This document shows positions 30,490 to 42,835 of a DNA stretch of 64,000 nt, piece by piece. Origin of the DNA: Gammaproteobacteria bacterium (GTDB lineage Bacteria > Pseudomonadota > Gammaproteobacteria > JAJFKO01); NCBI GenBank assembly GCA_021773175.1, contig JAJFKO010000043.1:87757-151756 (forward strand), in the 5' to 3' direction. Below the pieces are notes generated by a model. The model ran no database searches. It was given only the letters and a program-made list of their open reading frames with translations, and was not told the origin of the DNA. Every line of letters begins with the position of its first letter. Position 1 is the stretch's first letter. The position numbers and the translations under genes are program-made.

Positions 30490-31265
30490 CGCGAATACAA
30501 ACTTTTGGTCAGAGTGGTATAGAATTTTGTTCGGGCTTCGGCCGTTCGGGCATTTTCCTAGTACGTACTTTGTTACGACGACCACGCACAGTTAGAACTT
30601 TTCCGTTGTTGTTACAAGAACTTTATTCTGTCGGTGTCTTATCACTTTTGATTATTGTTGTTTCGGCATTATTTATCGGGATGGTATTAGGTTTACAAGG
30701 CTACAATATTCTTGTCGAATTTTCTGCTACTAGTGAATTGGGTACCATGGTAGCCTTAGGAATTGTACGTGAATTAGGTCCGGTAATTACTGCATTATTA
30801 TTCGCTGGGCGTGCCGGTTCAGCTTTAACAGCAGAAATAGGTTTAATGAAAACTACCGAGCAAATTGATAGTATGGAAATGATTGGGGTTGATCCTCTCT
30901 GGCGTATTATTTCACCTCGATTTTGGGCTGGTATTATTTCCATGCCATTATTGTCTATTATTTTTTGTGCTGTTGCTATTTGGGGCGGTTACCTGATTGG
31001 CGTTGCCTGGTTAGGTGTTGATAGCGGCGTATTTTGGAACAATATGCAAAGTAATGTCAGCTTTAGCGCGGATGTAGTCAACGGCATTATTAAAAGTATT
31101 GTATTTGGTTTTGTAATTGTTTGGATTGCAGTCTTTCAAGGATTCGATGCTAAACCGACAGCTGAAGGCATTAGTCGAGCGACGACACGAACTGTCGTGT
31201 ATTCGTCGTTAGCTGTATTAGGTTTAGATTTTATATTAACCGCCATGATGATGGGAGGGTGGTAG
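30483..31265 (+). CDS. mlaE: Phospholipid ABC transporter permease
   Basis: [28 protein letters not shown]. Confidence 0.95.
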   Translation: MLTRIQTFGQSGIEFCSGFGRSGIFLVRTLLRRPRTVRTFPLLLQELYSVGVLSLLIIVVSALFIGMVLGLQGYNILVEFSATSELGTMVALGIVRELGPVITALLFAGRAGSALTAEIGLMKTTEQIDSMEMIGVDPLWRIISPRFWAGIISMPLLSIIFCAVAIWGGYLIGVAWLGVDSGVFWNNMQSNVSFSADVVNGIIKSIVFGFVIVWIAVFQGFDAKPTAEGISRATTRTVVYSSLAVLGLDFILTAMMMGGW

Positions 31266-31267
31266 TT

Positions 31268-31957
31268 GTGCGTAGTATGCGAGTAGCGGAATTTTCTGTT
31301 GGTATTTTAATGATTATTGGCGTTGTTGCTTTTGTGTTTTTGGCTATTCAAGTGAGTGGCTTATCAACAACAACAAGCAGTGATGCATATTTTGTTACGG
31401 CAAAATTTAATAATATTGGTGGTTTAAAAGTGAATGCGCCGATTCGTATGGCCGGTGTTAAGGTTGGCAAAGTAACATCAATTACTTTGGACCCAAAAAC
31501 GTTCCAAGCCGATGTACGCATGGCTATTTATAAAGAAGACAATAATATTCCAGCAGATTCGTCGGCAAGTATTCTAACGGAAGGCTTGCTGGGTGCGAAT
31601 TACATTGGTATTACTCCAGGTTATGATGAAATTGCGCTAAAGAGTGGTAGTGTGATCGAAGATACGCATCCGGCATTAGTATTAGAAAATCTCATTGGCC
31701 AGTTGCTATTTAGCATTAATAAGAAGCCGGCATCAGCCAAAGCTGCAACGGCAGCTCCAGCGGCAAAAGCGACAGCCGCGACTGTTACTCCTGTAGCAGC
31801 AACACCGGCAGCAGCAGCGACTGTTACTCCTGTGGCAGCAACACCGGCAGCAACACCGGCAGCAGCAGCGACTGTTACTCCTGTGGCAGCAACACCGGCA
31901 GCAGCAGCGACTGTTACTCCGGCGGCAACGACGCAAGCTGCAAAAAAAGCATCTTAA
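31268..31957 (+). CDS. mlaD: MCE-domain protein MlaD with Ala/Thr/Pro-rich repeat tail
   Basis: FNNIGGLKVNAPIRMAGVKVGKV and ILTEGLLGANYI; likely GTG start at 31268. Confidence 0.93.
   Translation: MRSMRVAEFSVGILMIIGVVAFVFLAIQVSGLSTTTSSDAYFVTAKFNNIGGLKVNAPIRMAGVKVGKVTSITLDPKTFQADVRMAIYKEDNNIPADSSASILTEGLLGANYIGITPGYDEIALKSGSVIEDTHPALVLENLIGQLLFSINKKPASAKAATAAPAAKATAATVTPVAATPAAAATVTPVAATPAATPAAAATVTPVAATPAAAATVTPAATTQAAKKAS
31778..31930 (+). repeat. Coding ~39-bp tandem repeat (ATVTPVAATPAAA)
   Basis: gcgactgttactcc occurs four times; one unit carries a 12-bp internal duplication. Confidence 0.9.
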
Positions 31958-32021
31958 TGATTTGTTTTGCTTAAGTTAAGAAAGAGTTAATTGATCACTT
32001 AATTTTAATAGGAAGATTGAA

Positions 32022-32636
32022 ATGAAAAAACTAACAAAAGCTTTAATGATTTTTACTTTATTATTTGCCGGTGCGGCTTATGCCGCGGCAACGCCAAATC
32101 CAGTAAGTATGTTAAATCAAACTTCACAAAGTATGTTGAGTTCGTTACGGGCCAATAAAGCGCGGATTAAAAATAATCCGAATCAAATATATCTGATTGT
32201 GAAGAAAATTTTATTACCGCATGTTGATTTAAATGGCATGTCGCGTTCAGTGTTAGGTCGTTCTGTATGGAATAGCATTTCACCCGCACAGCGCAAAGAT
32301 TTTGGTGTGCAATTCACGAAGCTAATCGTACGAACTTACTCTTCGGCATTGAGTCAATATAGCGATGAAACAGTGAAATTCTACCCTGTCCGTGGTGGCT
32401 TTCAAGGGCGTAGTCGTATTCAAATACAGAGCAAAATTATCCGATCTAATGGGCCAGTTATACCAATAAGCTATCGTTTAATCTTATTGAACGGTCAATG
32501 GAAAGTATATGATTTTAGTGTTGAAGGGATTAGCATTATTCGTAACTTTCAATCACAATTTGCTGCACAATTATCGCAAGGTAACTTCCAGCAAGTACTC
32601 AATAACTTAAAACAGCATAATCGTAAAAATGGATAA
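32022..32636 (+). CDS. mlaC: Periplasmic phospholipid shuttle MlaC
   Basis: Signal peptide, LIVRTYSSAL and WKVYDFSVEGIS. Confidence 0.93.
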   Translation: MKKLTKALMIFTLLFAGAAYAAATPNPVSMLNQTSQSMLSSLRANKARIKNNPNQIYLIVKKILLPHVDLNGMSRSVLGRSVWNSISPAQRKDFGVQFTKLIVRTYSSALSQYSDETVKFYPVRGGFQGRSRIQIQSKIIRSNGPVIPISYRLILLNGQWKVYDFSVEGISIIRNFQSQFAAQLSQGNFQQVLNNLKQHNRKNG

Positions 32637-32931
32637 TTTAATATTACAACAAGCGGCCGATGATAGCGTGAAGCTCATCGGCCAACTTACTTTTGATAAT
32701 GCCAAATCTGTTTATCGGCAAGGTAAATCGTTGTTATCGAGAAATGTAAGAACCTTTGATTTGGCAGAATTAACACATAGTGATAGCAGTGGCTTAGCTG
32801 TTTTACTTGCTTGGCAGCAGGATGCTGAAAATTTACAGATAGATCTTGAATATCAACATATCCCTAAGCAAATGCAAGCAATGGCAAGTCTTTGCGAAGT
32901 AAGTAATATATTAAATATAGCCGAGAAATAA
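32629..32931 (+). CDS. mlaB: STAS-domain protein MlaB
   Basis: DLAELTHSDSSGLAVLL; operon position. Confidence 0.9.
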   Translation: MDNLILQQAADDSVKLIGQLTFDNAKSVYRQGKSLLSRNVRTFDLAELTHSDSSGLAVLLAWQQDAENLQIDLEYQHIPKQMQAMASLCEVSNILNIAEK

Positions 32932-32934
32932 CCG

Positions 32935-34432
<1,498 letters not shown>

Positions 34433-34541
34433 TTTTTTTTATTATCAATATTCATCTAACAGAAATGTTAAAAGCATTCTCTAGACAGGATATCACTTCC
34501 TGGGAATAGCGTTATATTTCAATCAAAATCTACCTTGATAT

Positions 34542-34573
34542 TCAGGACTTACGGTAAATGCCAAGGTCGAGGC
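34542..34573. mobile_element. Truncated left end of the tcaggacttacgc palindromic MITE
   Basis: tcaggacttacggtaaatgccaaggtcgaggc is 30/32 identical to 52294-52325. Confidence 0.7.
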
Positions 34574-34616
34574 TATGAGTGTACCGAAAAAAATTTGCAA
34601 ATCTTGGCGCGAGAAT

Positions 34617-34883
34617 TTATCTGCCGGGTGGTTTGAATCTTCGTCTATTATTTCTTGACGGTCCTCTAGAATATACCTTGGAATCTCTTGGAGTTCTGGT
34701 TTTTTTGCGGCCCCTTTGAGTGTTTACCTCTGGTTCTGCTGCCTTTTCCTCAGGTGTTGTATCCGCAAATATCCACACTCTAGATAGAGCGGTTAAGGAT
34801 GGCGATTTTACAATAAATGATGGATGTCTTCTTGAACTTTCTCTGGTTGGTGTCGTTGAGCGTGCTGATGTCATTTTAATCAT
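34617..34883 (-). CDS. Small basic, disordered hypothetical protein
   Basis: AAGGA RBS-like sequence upstream of MTSARS; R/K/S/P/T-rich; occupies an otherwise empty intergenic gap. Confidence 0.5.
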   Translation of the reverse strand: MIKMTSARSTTPTRESSRRHPSFIVKSPSLTALSRVWIFADTTPEEKAAEPEVNTQRGRKKTRTPRDSKVYSRGPSRNNRRRFKPPGR

Positions 34884-35304
34884 TCCTTTCTTGGCTATAT
34901 TTTCTAGATTAAAGGCTGAGAATATCTTGATTTCAATCTTTACCCAACACTCTAATCGTACGTTCGGTAAAATTAGAGGCTAACATGTTTTTTTTATAAT
35001 TAGCAAGAAAATATTCTTATTAATCAATATTTTACCTACCTTTTGATTGGCTTTTTTGATTTTCAAAACTCATGATAAATCCGGTATTAGAGCAAACTAG
35101 TTTTTATTTAATGAAAAGCTACCCCTGGGCATAATAAAGAGACTGGTATTTAGCATAAGTTCTAAGAATGATGTTATGACGTGTTTAAAATAATATCTCT
35201 ATTAGTAAAAATGTTTGTTATAATCCTCGCGTTTCTAATTCTAGTGGAGCTAGGGCTATTGAATGTAGAGTGCTCTAAATATTTTTGAGTAAAAAAAGAT
35301 AATC

Positions 35305-36897
35305 ATGACAACATTTAAAGACGAAATCGCACGTCGCCGCACGTTTGCGATTATTTCCCATCCTGATGCGGGTAAAACCACACTTACCGAGAAACTACTT
35401 TTATTTGGCGGTGCAATTCAGCTGGCTGGTACCGTTAAAGGCCGTAAAGCGGCACGGCATGCAACTTCTGACTGGATGGAGTTAGAGAAGCAACGTGGAA
35501 TTTCGGTGACAACTTCGGTCATGCAGTTTCCTTATCAAGATTGTATCGTGAATTTATTGGATACCCCTGGACATGAAGATTTCTCTGAAGATACTTATCG
35601 TACCTTAACGGCCGTTGACTCCGCATTGATGGTGATTGATGCCGCAAAAGGGGTTGAGGCACGTACTATTAAGCTAATGGATGTGACGCGATTGCGTAAG
35701 ACTCCGATCATGACTTTGATAAACAAATTTGACCGTGATGGTCGTGAACCGATTGAATTGCTCGATGAAATTGAAGATATTTTAAAAATTCAATGTGCAC
35801 CGATTACCTGGCCAATTGGTATGGGAAAATTATTCAAAGGTATTTATCATTTGTATGATGATGCCGTATATTTATTTGATAGTAGTAAAGGTGGCAGTAA
35901 AATCCCTGAATTTGAATGTATACAAGGACTGGATAATCCACGCTTAGATGAATTATTTGGTAGTCTAGCTGCTGAGTTACGCGATGAAATTGAATTAGTT
36001 AAAGGTGCTTCGCATGAGTTTAATCACGAAGCTTATTTGCGTGGGGAATTAACGCCAGTCTTTGCAGGTTCAGCATTAACAAACTTTGGTATTCGTGAAT
36101 TGCTGGATGGTTTTGTTAAGTATGCTCCTGGCCCTCAGCCAAGTAAAACCGCCACACGCGAAGTATTGCCTAGTGAAGAAAAACTTTCAGGGTTTGTTTT
36201 CAAAATTCAAGCCAATATGGATCCAGCGCATCGCGATCGCATTGCTTTTTTACGTGTGTGTTCAGGAAAATACAAAAAAGGAATGAAGATGCGGCAAGTA
36301 CGTATTGCTCGCGATGTACAAATTAATAATGCTCTAACCTTTATGGCGGGTGAGCGTGGTTTGGTTGAAGAAGCTTATCCAGGTGATATTCTCGGTTTAC
36401 ATAATCACGGTACGATTCAAATCGGTGATGTGTTTACGGAAGGGGAAGTTTTGCAATTTACCGGCATTCCAAACTTCGCGCCAGAATTATTTCGACGCGT
36501 ACGATTACGCGATCCATTAAGACTAAAAGCACTACAAAAAGGTTTAGTGCAATTATCAGAAGAGGGGGCAACCCAAGTCTTTAAGCCTGCGAATAGTAAT
36601 GATTTAATCTTAGGCGCTGTGGGTGTACTGCAATTTGATGTGGTAGCGTATCGTTTAAAAAATGAATATAACGTCGAATGTGCTTATGAAAACATACCAA
36701 TTGTTATGGCGCGCTGGGTTGAGTGCAACGATGCTAAAATGTTGGAAGAATTTAAAAGAAAAGCGCACGATAATATCGCTTTAGATGGCGCTGGACAGTT
36801 AACCTATTTGGCTCCATCGCGCGTTAATTTACAGTTAACGGTGGAACGTTGGCCTGATATTAAATTTCATAAAACCCGTGAACACCATATTGTTTAA
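35305..36897 (+). CDS. prfC: Peptide chain release factor 3
   Basis: [30 protein letters not shown] and [17 protein letters not shown]. Confidence 0.98.
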   Translation: MTTFKDEIARRRTFAIISHPDAGKTTLTEKLLLFGGAIQLAGTVKGRKAARHATSDWMELEKQRGISVTTSVMQFPYQDCIVNLLDTPGHEDFSEDTYRTLTAVDSALMVIDAAKGVEARTIKLMDVTRLRKTPIMTLINKFDRDGREPIELLDEIEDILKIQCAPITWPIGMGKLFKGIYHLYDDAVYLFDSSKGGSKIPEFECIQGLDNPRLDELFGSLAAELRDEIELVKGASHEFNHEAYLRGELTPVFAGSALTNFGIRELLDGFVKYAPGPQPSKTATREVLPSEEKLSGFVFKIQANMDPAHRDRIAFLRVCSGKYKKGMKMRQVRIARDVQINNALTFMAGERGLVEEAYPGDILGLHNHGTIQIGDVFTEGEVLQFTGIPNFAPELFRRVRLRDPLRLKALQKGLVQLSEEGATQVFKPANSNDLILGAVGVLQFDVVAYRLKNEYNVECAYENIPIVMARWVECNDAKMLEEFKRKAHDNIALDGAGQLTYLAPSRVNLQLTVERWPDIKFHKTREHHIV

Positions 36898-36908
36898 AGG
36901 AGAATTTC

Positions 36909-37571
36909 ATGTCTACATCTACTATTAATTTAACACCAGAGTTATATCACTATTACCATGAGCATTCATTACGTGAACATCCTGTCTTACAAGCATTACG
37001 AGAACGTACCCAACAAGAAAAACAAGCTGTCATGCAAATATCGCCTGAGCAAGGGCAGTTTATGACCTTGTTGATGCAATTGATTGGCGCAAAAAAAACT
37101 TTAGAGGTAGGAACCTTTACTGGTTATAGTTCATTAGCTGTTGCTTTAGGCTTGCCTGATGATGGACAAGTCATTGCATGTGATATCAGCGATGAGTGGC
37201 AAGGCTTGGCAACGGAGCATTGGCAACAAGCAGAGGTTGCCCATAAAATTGATTTGCGTATTGCGCCAGCATTGGATTCATTAAATGCTTTATTAGAGGC
37301 TGGTGAGGCAGGAACTTTTGATTTTGCTTTTATTGATGCCGATAAACGTAATCAACTTGCTTATTATGAAAAATCATTAGAATTGGTGCGCCAGGGTGGT
37401 TTAATCACGATAGATAATGTTTTATGGAGCGGCAAAGTTGCTGATCCTAGTGTTAGAGATGAAAGTACGCAGGCCATTCGTGAGCTCAATGATTTTATAC
37501 ATAAAGATCAGCGAGTTACTATGAGTATGCTACCTATCGGTGATGGCTTAACTCTCGTTCGAAAATCCTAA
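36909..37571 (+). CDS. SAM-dependent O-methyltransferase (CCoAOMT/COMT-like)
   Basis: MQISPEQGQF, LEVGTFTGYS, FDFAFIDADK, DNVLWSG and PIGDGL. Confidence 0.92.
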   Translation: MSTSTINLTPELYHYYHEHSLREHPVLQALRERTQQEKQAVMQISPEQGQFMTLLMQLIGAKKTLEVGTFTGYSSLAVALGLPDDGQVIACDISDEWQGLATEHWQQAEVAHKIDLRIAPALDSLNALLEAGEAGTFDFAFIDADKRNQLAYYEKSLELVRQGGLITIDNVLWSGKVADPSVRDESTQAIRELNDFIHKDQRVTMSMLPIGDGLTLVRKS

Positions 37572-37590
37572 TAACAAGTGTGCCTTTTTG

Positions 37591-37607
37591 TGGCATAATT
37601 GCTGCTA
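37591..37607 (+). promoter_or_regulatory. Candidate sigma54 (-24/-12) promoter
   Basis: TGGCATAATTGCTGCTA has exact GG-N10-GC spacing, ~25 bp upstream of the ampG start. Confidence 0.45.
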
Positions 37608-37631
37608 ATCGTTTTGCAACAAGGAAATAGC

Positions 37632-38933
37632 ATGTCATCAAGTACTCAAGAGATTACAGCTAATTCATCCACGTCTATTGCTAGCTCAGAGCAAAGTTGG
37701 CGAACCTATTGTGCTTTAATTTTTAATGCACGCATGATGGCAGTGCTGTTATTGGGATTTTCTTCTGGCTTACCTCTAGCGTTAAGCGGCTCAACGTTAC
37801 AAGCATGGTATACCGTTTCTGGAATTAATTTAGTTGCGATTGGTTCACTGAGTTTGGTTGGTATGCCTTATGTTTGGAAATTTATTTGGGCACCAATATT
37901 AGATCGCTATATACCACCTTTTCTAGGTCGACGTAATGGCTGGATGCTGATAGCGCAAGTCGCCATTATTTTTCTTTTAATCTGGATGGCAACACTGCAC
38001 CCTAAGCATAATGAAATTTTAATGGGTTTTATTGCGCTGGGTATAGCTTTTAGTTCGGCAACGCAAGATACCGCAATTAATGCTTATATGACTGAAATTG
38101 TGAAGCCTGAAGAACGCGGTTTATCCGCAGCGATGAATGTTGGTGGTTATCGCATTGCGATGTTGGTTTCAGGCGCATTCGCATTAATTATTGCTGCTTA
38201 TATAGGTTGGCAAGCCACTTATATCCTCATGGCTGCTTGTATGTCTATTGGTGTTTTGGTTTCTATTTTTGGTCCAAAAATGCAACACGAACCAGACGTT
38301 TCGTCATCATTATGGAAGGTAACAGCGAATTCATTTATGGAATTTTTAAAGCGTCGTGGCGCGGTAATGATTTTATTAACTATCGTGTTATATAAAATCG
38401 GCGATGCTTTTGCGATGTCGCTTACCTCAACTTTCTTACTACGAGGTTTGCATTTCACATTGATTGAAGTGGGTTTGGTTAGCAAGGTTACTGCGATTAC
38501 AGGTTCGCTATTAGGTGTGTTTGTCGGTGGTATTTGGATGTCTCGAATTGGACTCTATCGTGCGTTAATGATTTTTGGGATCTTACAATTACTATCAAAT
38601 TTCACTTACATGGCATTAGCTATGGTAGGTCCACATCTGTATTTCGCAGCTTTTGCGATCTTTTTTGAAAATCTCTGTGGTGGTTTAGCAACAGCAGCTT
38701 TTGTTGCTTTCATTATGTCATTGTGTGACTTACGCTTCACAGCAACACAGTTTGCACTCTTTTCGGCATTATCCGCTGTCGGGCGAGTTATCGTTGGCCC
38801 GTTTTCAGGTTTAATGGTTGAGCATGTTGGTTGGGTGCAATTTTATTTCTGGACTGTTATTTTTGCTGTGCCTGGATTGGTATTTTTATGGTTGATTCGG
38901 CATAATAGCGTTTTCCAAAAAGTACCTAAATAA
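37632..38933 (+). CDS. ampG: AmpG-family muropeptide MFS permease
   Basis: LLLGFSSGLP, KFIWAPILDR, SATQD, LYKIGDAF and TATQFALFSAL; AAGGA RBS before MSSST. Confidence 0.92.
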   Translation: MSSSTQEITANSSTSIASSEQSWRTYCALIFNARMMAVLLLGFSSGLPLALSGSTLQAWYTVSGINLVAIGSLSLVGMPYVWKFIWAPILDRYIPPFLGRRNGWMLIAQVAIIFLLIWMATLHPKHNEILMGFIALGIAFSSATQDTAINAYMTEIVKPEERGLSAAMNVGGYRIAMLVSGAFALIIAAYIGWQATYILMAACMSIGVLVSIFGPKMQHEPDVSSSLWKVTANSFMEFLKRRGAVMILLTIVLYKIGDAFAMSLTSTFLLRGLHFTLIEVGLVSKVTAITGSLLGVFVGGIWMSRIGLYRALMIFGILQLLSNFTYMALAMVGPHLYFAAFAIFFENLCGGLATAAFVAFIMSLCDLRFTATQFALFSALSAVGRVIVGPFSGLMVEHVGWVQFYFWTVIFAVPGLVFLWLIRHNSVFQKVPK

Positions 38934-38947
38934 TAATAAAGAAGATT

Positions 38948-39706
38948 ATGCAAAATATTTTAATCGCCAAACTCATTACTATTGGTTTAGTTTTTTTGAT
39001 AACCATCATTGCTGGTTGGTATCCGTTTCGTAAACGCATTCAATCACCAGAAGGTTATGATTTTCCTATTGGTGAAGCTCTCGCCTGTGGTGTGTTTTTA
39101 GGTGTTGGGTTAATTCATCTATTGTCGACAGCAAGTAATGATTTCCTTAAATTAAACATTCATTATCCGTTGGCCTTTGTTATTGCAGGCTTAACCTTTT
39201 TAGGTTTACTGTGGTTAGAACATGTTGCCAGCGAGCTTCAACATCATGGCAGTAAAGAAAATGCAACCTTAGTTATTTTAGCGGTTGTCATGTTGTCGGT
39301 ACATTCACTATTAGCTGGAGCGGCATTAGGGCTGACACGGCATTTTTCCGTTTTTATTATGCTGCTCATCGCGATTCTCGCGCATAAGTGGGCGGCTGGA
39401 TTTTCGCTAGCTGTTGAGATTAATAAAAGTAAACTCAGCATTAAAGTTGGTATTTTATTGTTTTTCATCTTCGCTTTAATGGTGCCACTAGGCATTGTCT
39501 TTGGTACAGCATTACGCCACGTTTTTGCCTCGACTCAAGAGCTTACTGCCATTGTTATGGCATTAGCTGCGGGTACATTTCTTTATTTAGGCACGCTGCA
39601 TGGATTATGGCGTGCCACGATGCTCAAACATTGTTGCAACCTTAGACATTATAGCTTTGTAGTATTGGGGTTCTTATTGATGGCTCTGGTTGCCATTTGG
39701 TTATGA
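38948..39706 (+). CDS. ZIP-family metal transporter
   Basis: GVFLGVGLIHLL, LSVHSLLAG, AILAHK and AGTFLY. Confidence 0.9.
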   Translation: MQNILIAKLITIGLVFLITIIAGWYPFRKRIQSPEGYDFPIGEALACGVFLGVGLIHLLSTASNDFLKLNIHYPLAFVIAGLTFLGLLWLEHVASELQHHGSKENATLVILAVVMLSVHSLLAGAALGLTRHFSVFIMLLIAILAHKWAAGFSLAVEINKSKLSIKVGILLFFIFALMVPLGIVFGTALRHVFASTQELTAIVMALAAGTFLYLGTLHGLWRATMLKHCCNLRHYSFVVLGFLLMALVAIWL

Positions 39707-39772
39707 ATGATGTTAAGTATTTATTACTATATTTAATTGATAGAGCAACAAGAAATTTTTTGGAGTTATTTT

Positions 39773-41053
39773 ATGCCCCAGCTTACGTTAGGTTTAATAA
39801 AGAGGATATACAATAAGAAAATAACAGGCTGCTTATTTCTTGAAGGGCATCCTGATTTTGGTTCACGGATATATGCTGAAGTACAATTCTGGAATAAGTT
39901 TCGAGATGCTCTTGAGCATAACGGTCTAATCACAGGATTACATTTATTTAAGATTTCTGAAGGTTTGGCTATAGATATAACTGAGAGAGTATTATTAACG
40001 TTACCAAGTAAAATTAACTATCTCCTATTACAGGATATTGATGCTCTTAGCATAGAAAAACTGCTGCCAGCGTTACAATCCCCACTCAGCAAGGTTACTA
40101 GGCTTGACATTTGTGAGCTAACAGTTAGTGCGCTAGAAAAATTATTACCCGCCTTGCAAAGCCCTCTAAGTACTATTTCATCACTTGGGTTGAATGGAGA
40201 GATTACTATAGAAGTAATGAAAAAATTATTAACAGGGTTACAGGCTAGTCAAAGTAAGGTTACGACACTTCATCTTATTTCTGTGGATAATAGAAGTGTA
40301 GAGATCTTATTGCCTGTACTGCAACATCCAGCAAGTAATATCACTATACTTGATCTGTATAAATTAAGTAGCACTGCAGTGCAAACCTTACTGTCAGCAT
40401 TACAAAACCCAGAAAGTTGCATTACTACACTGGTGCTTTCAACATTAACTGCTGATGCAGTACAAAGTCTACAGCCAATGCTGAAAAATCCACAAAGTAA
40501 TATTCGTAATATTACTCTAAATAATTTAACTGTTGGAGCTATAGGGAAATTAGCTACTATACTACGAGACCCTAACTGCAATATTACTCAGCTTAGTGTT
40601 ACTGACCTGAAGCCTTCTGCGCTAAAGAGACTCTTAGGTATATTAACTAATGCAAAATGCAAAATACAAAATTTATCTTTTATGAATGAACTTACAAATG
40701 AAAAATTTGAAATAATCTCTGCAGCACTACAAGGAGCTGATAAAAAACTATCAGTAAGTGGGTATCTCTTTCCATTTGGGAAAATAAAATTTATCAATTT
40801 AAGTCCAGAGCATACTGTTGGTCAAGGTAACTTAGCTCCATTGACTGGAGTAAGAAATGGCACAACAGAGCCTGATGAGCCTAGAATAAAGCGAGAGGAA
40901 GTATCGCCTGATCGTCTATTCTCATCTTTGCAACAGCAGCATGGTAGCTTATTTCTTTCATCTGAGGAGAGAGATAATAGTCGATGTTCTGGTCAATCAA
41001 CTATAAAGCGCGAAGCTGATGAAAGACCTCATAAGCGCCGTCGTGGAGCGTAA
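39773..41053 (+). CDS. RNI/NLR-like leucine-rich repeat protein (effector-like)
   Basis: About 8-9 repeats of 27-28 aa (LxxLLxxLQxPxSxIxxLxL); GGAG RBS before the ATG at 39773; disordered tail. Confidence 0.8.
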   Translation: MPQLTLGLIKRIYNKKITGCLFLEGHPDFGSRIYAEVQFWNKFRDALEHNGLITGLHLFKISEGLAIDITERVLLTLPSKINYLLLQDIDALSIEKLLPALQSPLSKVTRLDICELTVSALEKLLPALQSPLSTISSLGLNGEITIEVMKKLLTGLQASQSKVTTLHLISVDNRSVEILLPVLQHPASNITILDLYKLSSTAVQTLLSALQNPESCITTLVLSTLTADAVQSLQPMLKNPQSNIRNITLNNLTVGAIGKLATILRDPNCNITQLSVTDLKPSALKRLLGILTNAKCKIQNLSFMNELTNEKFEIISAALQGADKKLSVSGYLFPFGKIKFINLSPEHTVGQGNLAPLTGVRNGTTEPDEPRIKREEVSPDRLFSSLQQQHGSLFLSSEERDNSRCSGQSTIKREADERPHKRRRGA

Positions 41054-41137
41054 ACATAATGATGTTGTAAATTAATAAATCCCTACAAAGAATGTTTTAA
41101 TTTATTATAGGGATCTATTAACAAGTAAAATATATAT

Positions 41138-42808
41138 TTAATCAATACTCGGCAAATTCAAATCTTGTTCTTTAGCGCATTTAATCGCAATATCATAACC
41201 CGCATCAGCATGGCGCATGACACCCGTAGCAGGGTCATTAAACAAGACACGACGTAGACGCTCTTCAGCAGCCTTAGTACCATCACAGACAATCACGAAG
41301 CCGGCATGTTGTGAATAACCCATGCCAACGCCACCGCCGTGATGTAAGCTTACCCAAGTAGCGCCACCGACACAGTTCAACATGGCATTGAGTAATGGCC
41401 AATCTGATACGGCATCAGAACCATCTTTCATGCCTTCGGTTTCGCGGTTTGGGCTGGCAACCGAACCTGAATCTAAGTGATCCCGACCAATCACAACGGG
41501 CGCTTTTAACTCACCATTAGCAACCATTTCATTGAAGGCTAAACCTAAACGATCACGGTCACCTAAACCTACCCAACAAATACGTGAAGGTAAGCCTTGG
41601 AATGGAATGCGTTCGCGCGCCATATCGAGCCAGTTATGCAAATGCTTATCATCAGGAATTAATTCTTTTACTTTAGCATCAGTTTTGTAAATATCTTCTG
41701 GGTCACCGGATAAAGCGACCCAACGGAATGGCCCGATACCTTTACAGAATAGTGGTCGAATATATGCGGGAACAAAACCTGGGAAATCAAAGGCATTCGC
41801 CACACCAACATCTTGCGCCATTTGGCGGATATTATTACCGTAATCGACCGTAGGGATACCTTGATGATAGAAATCTAGCATCGCCTTAACTTGAGTGGCC
41901 ATCGATTCTTTAGCGGCAACAACGACAGCATCGGGATCTTTTTCACGCATGTCTGCTGCGTGTTCTAAAGTCCAGCCTTGTGGTAAATAACCATTTAATG
42001 GATCGTGAGCACTGGTTTGATCGGTAACGAGATCCGGCTTGATACCACGCTTAACAAGTTCAGGATAAATATCTGCAGCATTCCCTAATAGTGCCACAGA
42101 TTTTGCTTCGCCGTTTTGACAGAATTTATCGATCATTGCTAATGCTTCATCAAGACTTTCAGTTTTATAATCGACATACTTGGTTTCAAGACGACGCTCA
42201 ATACGATAAGGATCACATTCAACCGCTAAGACACTTGCTCCTGCCATGGTTGCAGCTAATGGCTGTGCACCACCCATACCACCTAAACCTGCTGTTAATA
42301 ACCAACGGCCTTTTAAGCTGCCATCGAAATGCATATCAGCCATCGAAATAAAGGTTTCATATGTGCCTTGAATAATGCCTTGGCTAGCAATATAGATCCA
42401 TGAGCCGGCAGTCATCTGGCCATACATCATTAAACCTTTTTTATCGAGCTCATTGAAATGTTCCCAGTTTGCCCATTTTGGTACTAAATTAGAATTAGCA
42501 ATTAACACACGCGGTGCATCGGTATGTGTTTTGAAAACGCCAACTGGTTTGCCTGATTGTACTAATAAGGTTTCATCGTCATTTAAATTTGTTAGTGTTT
42601 CGATAATCTTGTCGTAGCATTCCCAGTTGCGAGCAGCGCGACCGATACCACCATAAACAATTAAATCTGAAGGAATCTCTGCAACATCGGGATCAAGATT
42701 ATTCATTAGCATGCGTAGAGGCGCTTCAGTCTGCCAACTTTTTGCTGTTAATGTTGTACCGTGAGGGGCTTTGATATGACGATTGGGATCATGACGAGTG
42801 TTGCTCAT
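41138..42808 (-). CDS. hutU: Urocanate hydratase
   Basis: [26 protein letters not shown] and [18 protein letters not shown]. Confidence 0.98.
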   Translation of the reverse strand: MSNTRHDPNRHIKAPHGTTLTAKSWQTEAPLRMLMNNLDPDVAEIPSDLIVYGGIGRAARNWECYDKIIETLTNLNDDETLLVQSGKPVGVFKTHTDAPRVLIANSNLVPKWANWEHFNELDKKGLMMYGQMTAGSWIYIASQGIIQGTYETFISMADMHFDGSLKGRWLLTAGLGGMGGAQPLAATMAGASVLAVECDPYRIERRLETKYVDYKTESLDEALAMIDKFCQNGEAKSVALLGNAADIYPELVKRGIKPDLVTDQTSAHDPLNGYLPQGWTLEHAADMREKDPDAVVVAAKESMATQVKAMLDFYHQGIPTVDYGNNIRQMAQDVGVANAFDFPGFVPAYIRPLFCKGIGPFRWVALSGDPEDIYKTDAKVKELIPDDKHLHNWLDMARERIPFQGLPSRICWVGLGDRDRLGLAFNEMVANGELKAPVVIGRDHLDSGSVASPNRETEGMKDGSDAVSDWPLLNAMLNCVGGATWVSLHHGGGVGMGYSQHAGFVIVCDGTKAAEERLRRVLFNDPATGVMRHADAGYDIAIKCAKEQDLNLPSID

Positions 42809-42835
42809 GTTGCTGCTCCTATTTCTTTAAAAAAA

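Noticed and set aside
31733-31936. Cys/Arg-rich metallothionein-like ORF on the minus strand
   Set aside because: It is the antisense reading of the mlaD gca-rich repeat.
39710-39770. PmrA/CpxR effector-regulatory boxes upstream of the orphan genes
   Set aside because: Only half-site or wrongly spaced matches, as expected by chance in AT-rich DNA.
41072-41120. Inverted repeat between the convergent LRR gene and hutU
   Set aside because: AT-rich imperfect stem with a long loop; possibly a bidirectional terminator but too weak to call.
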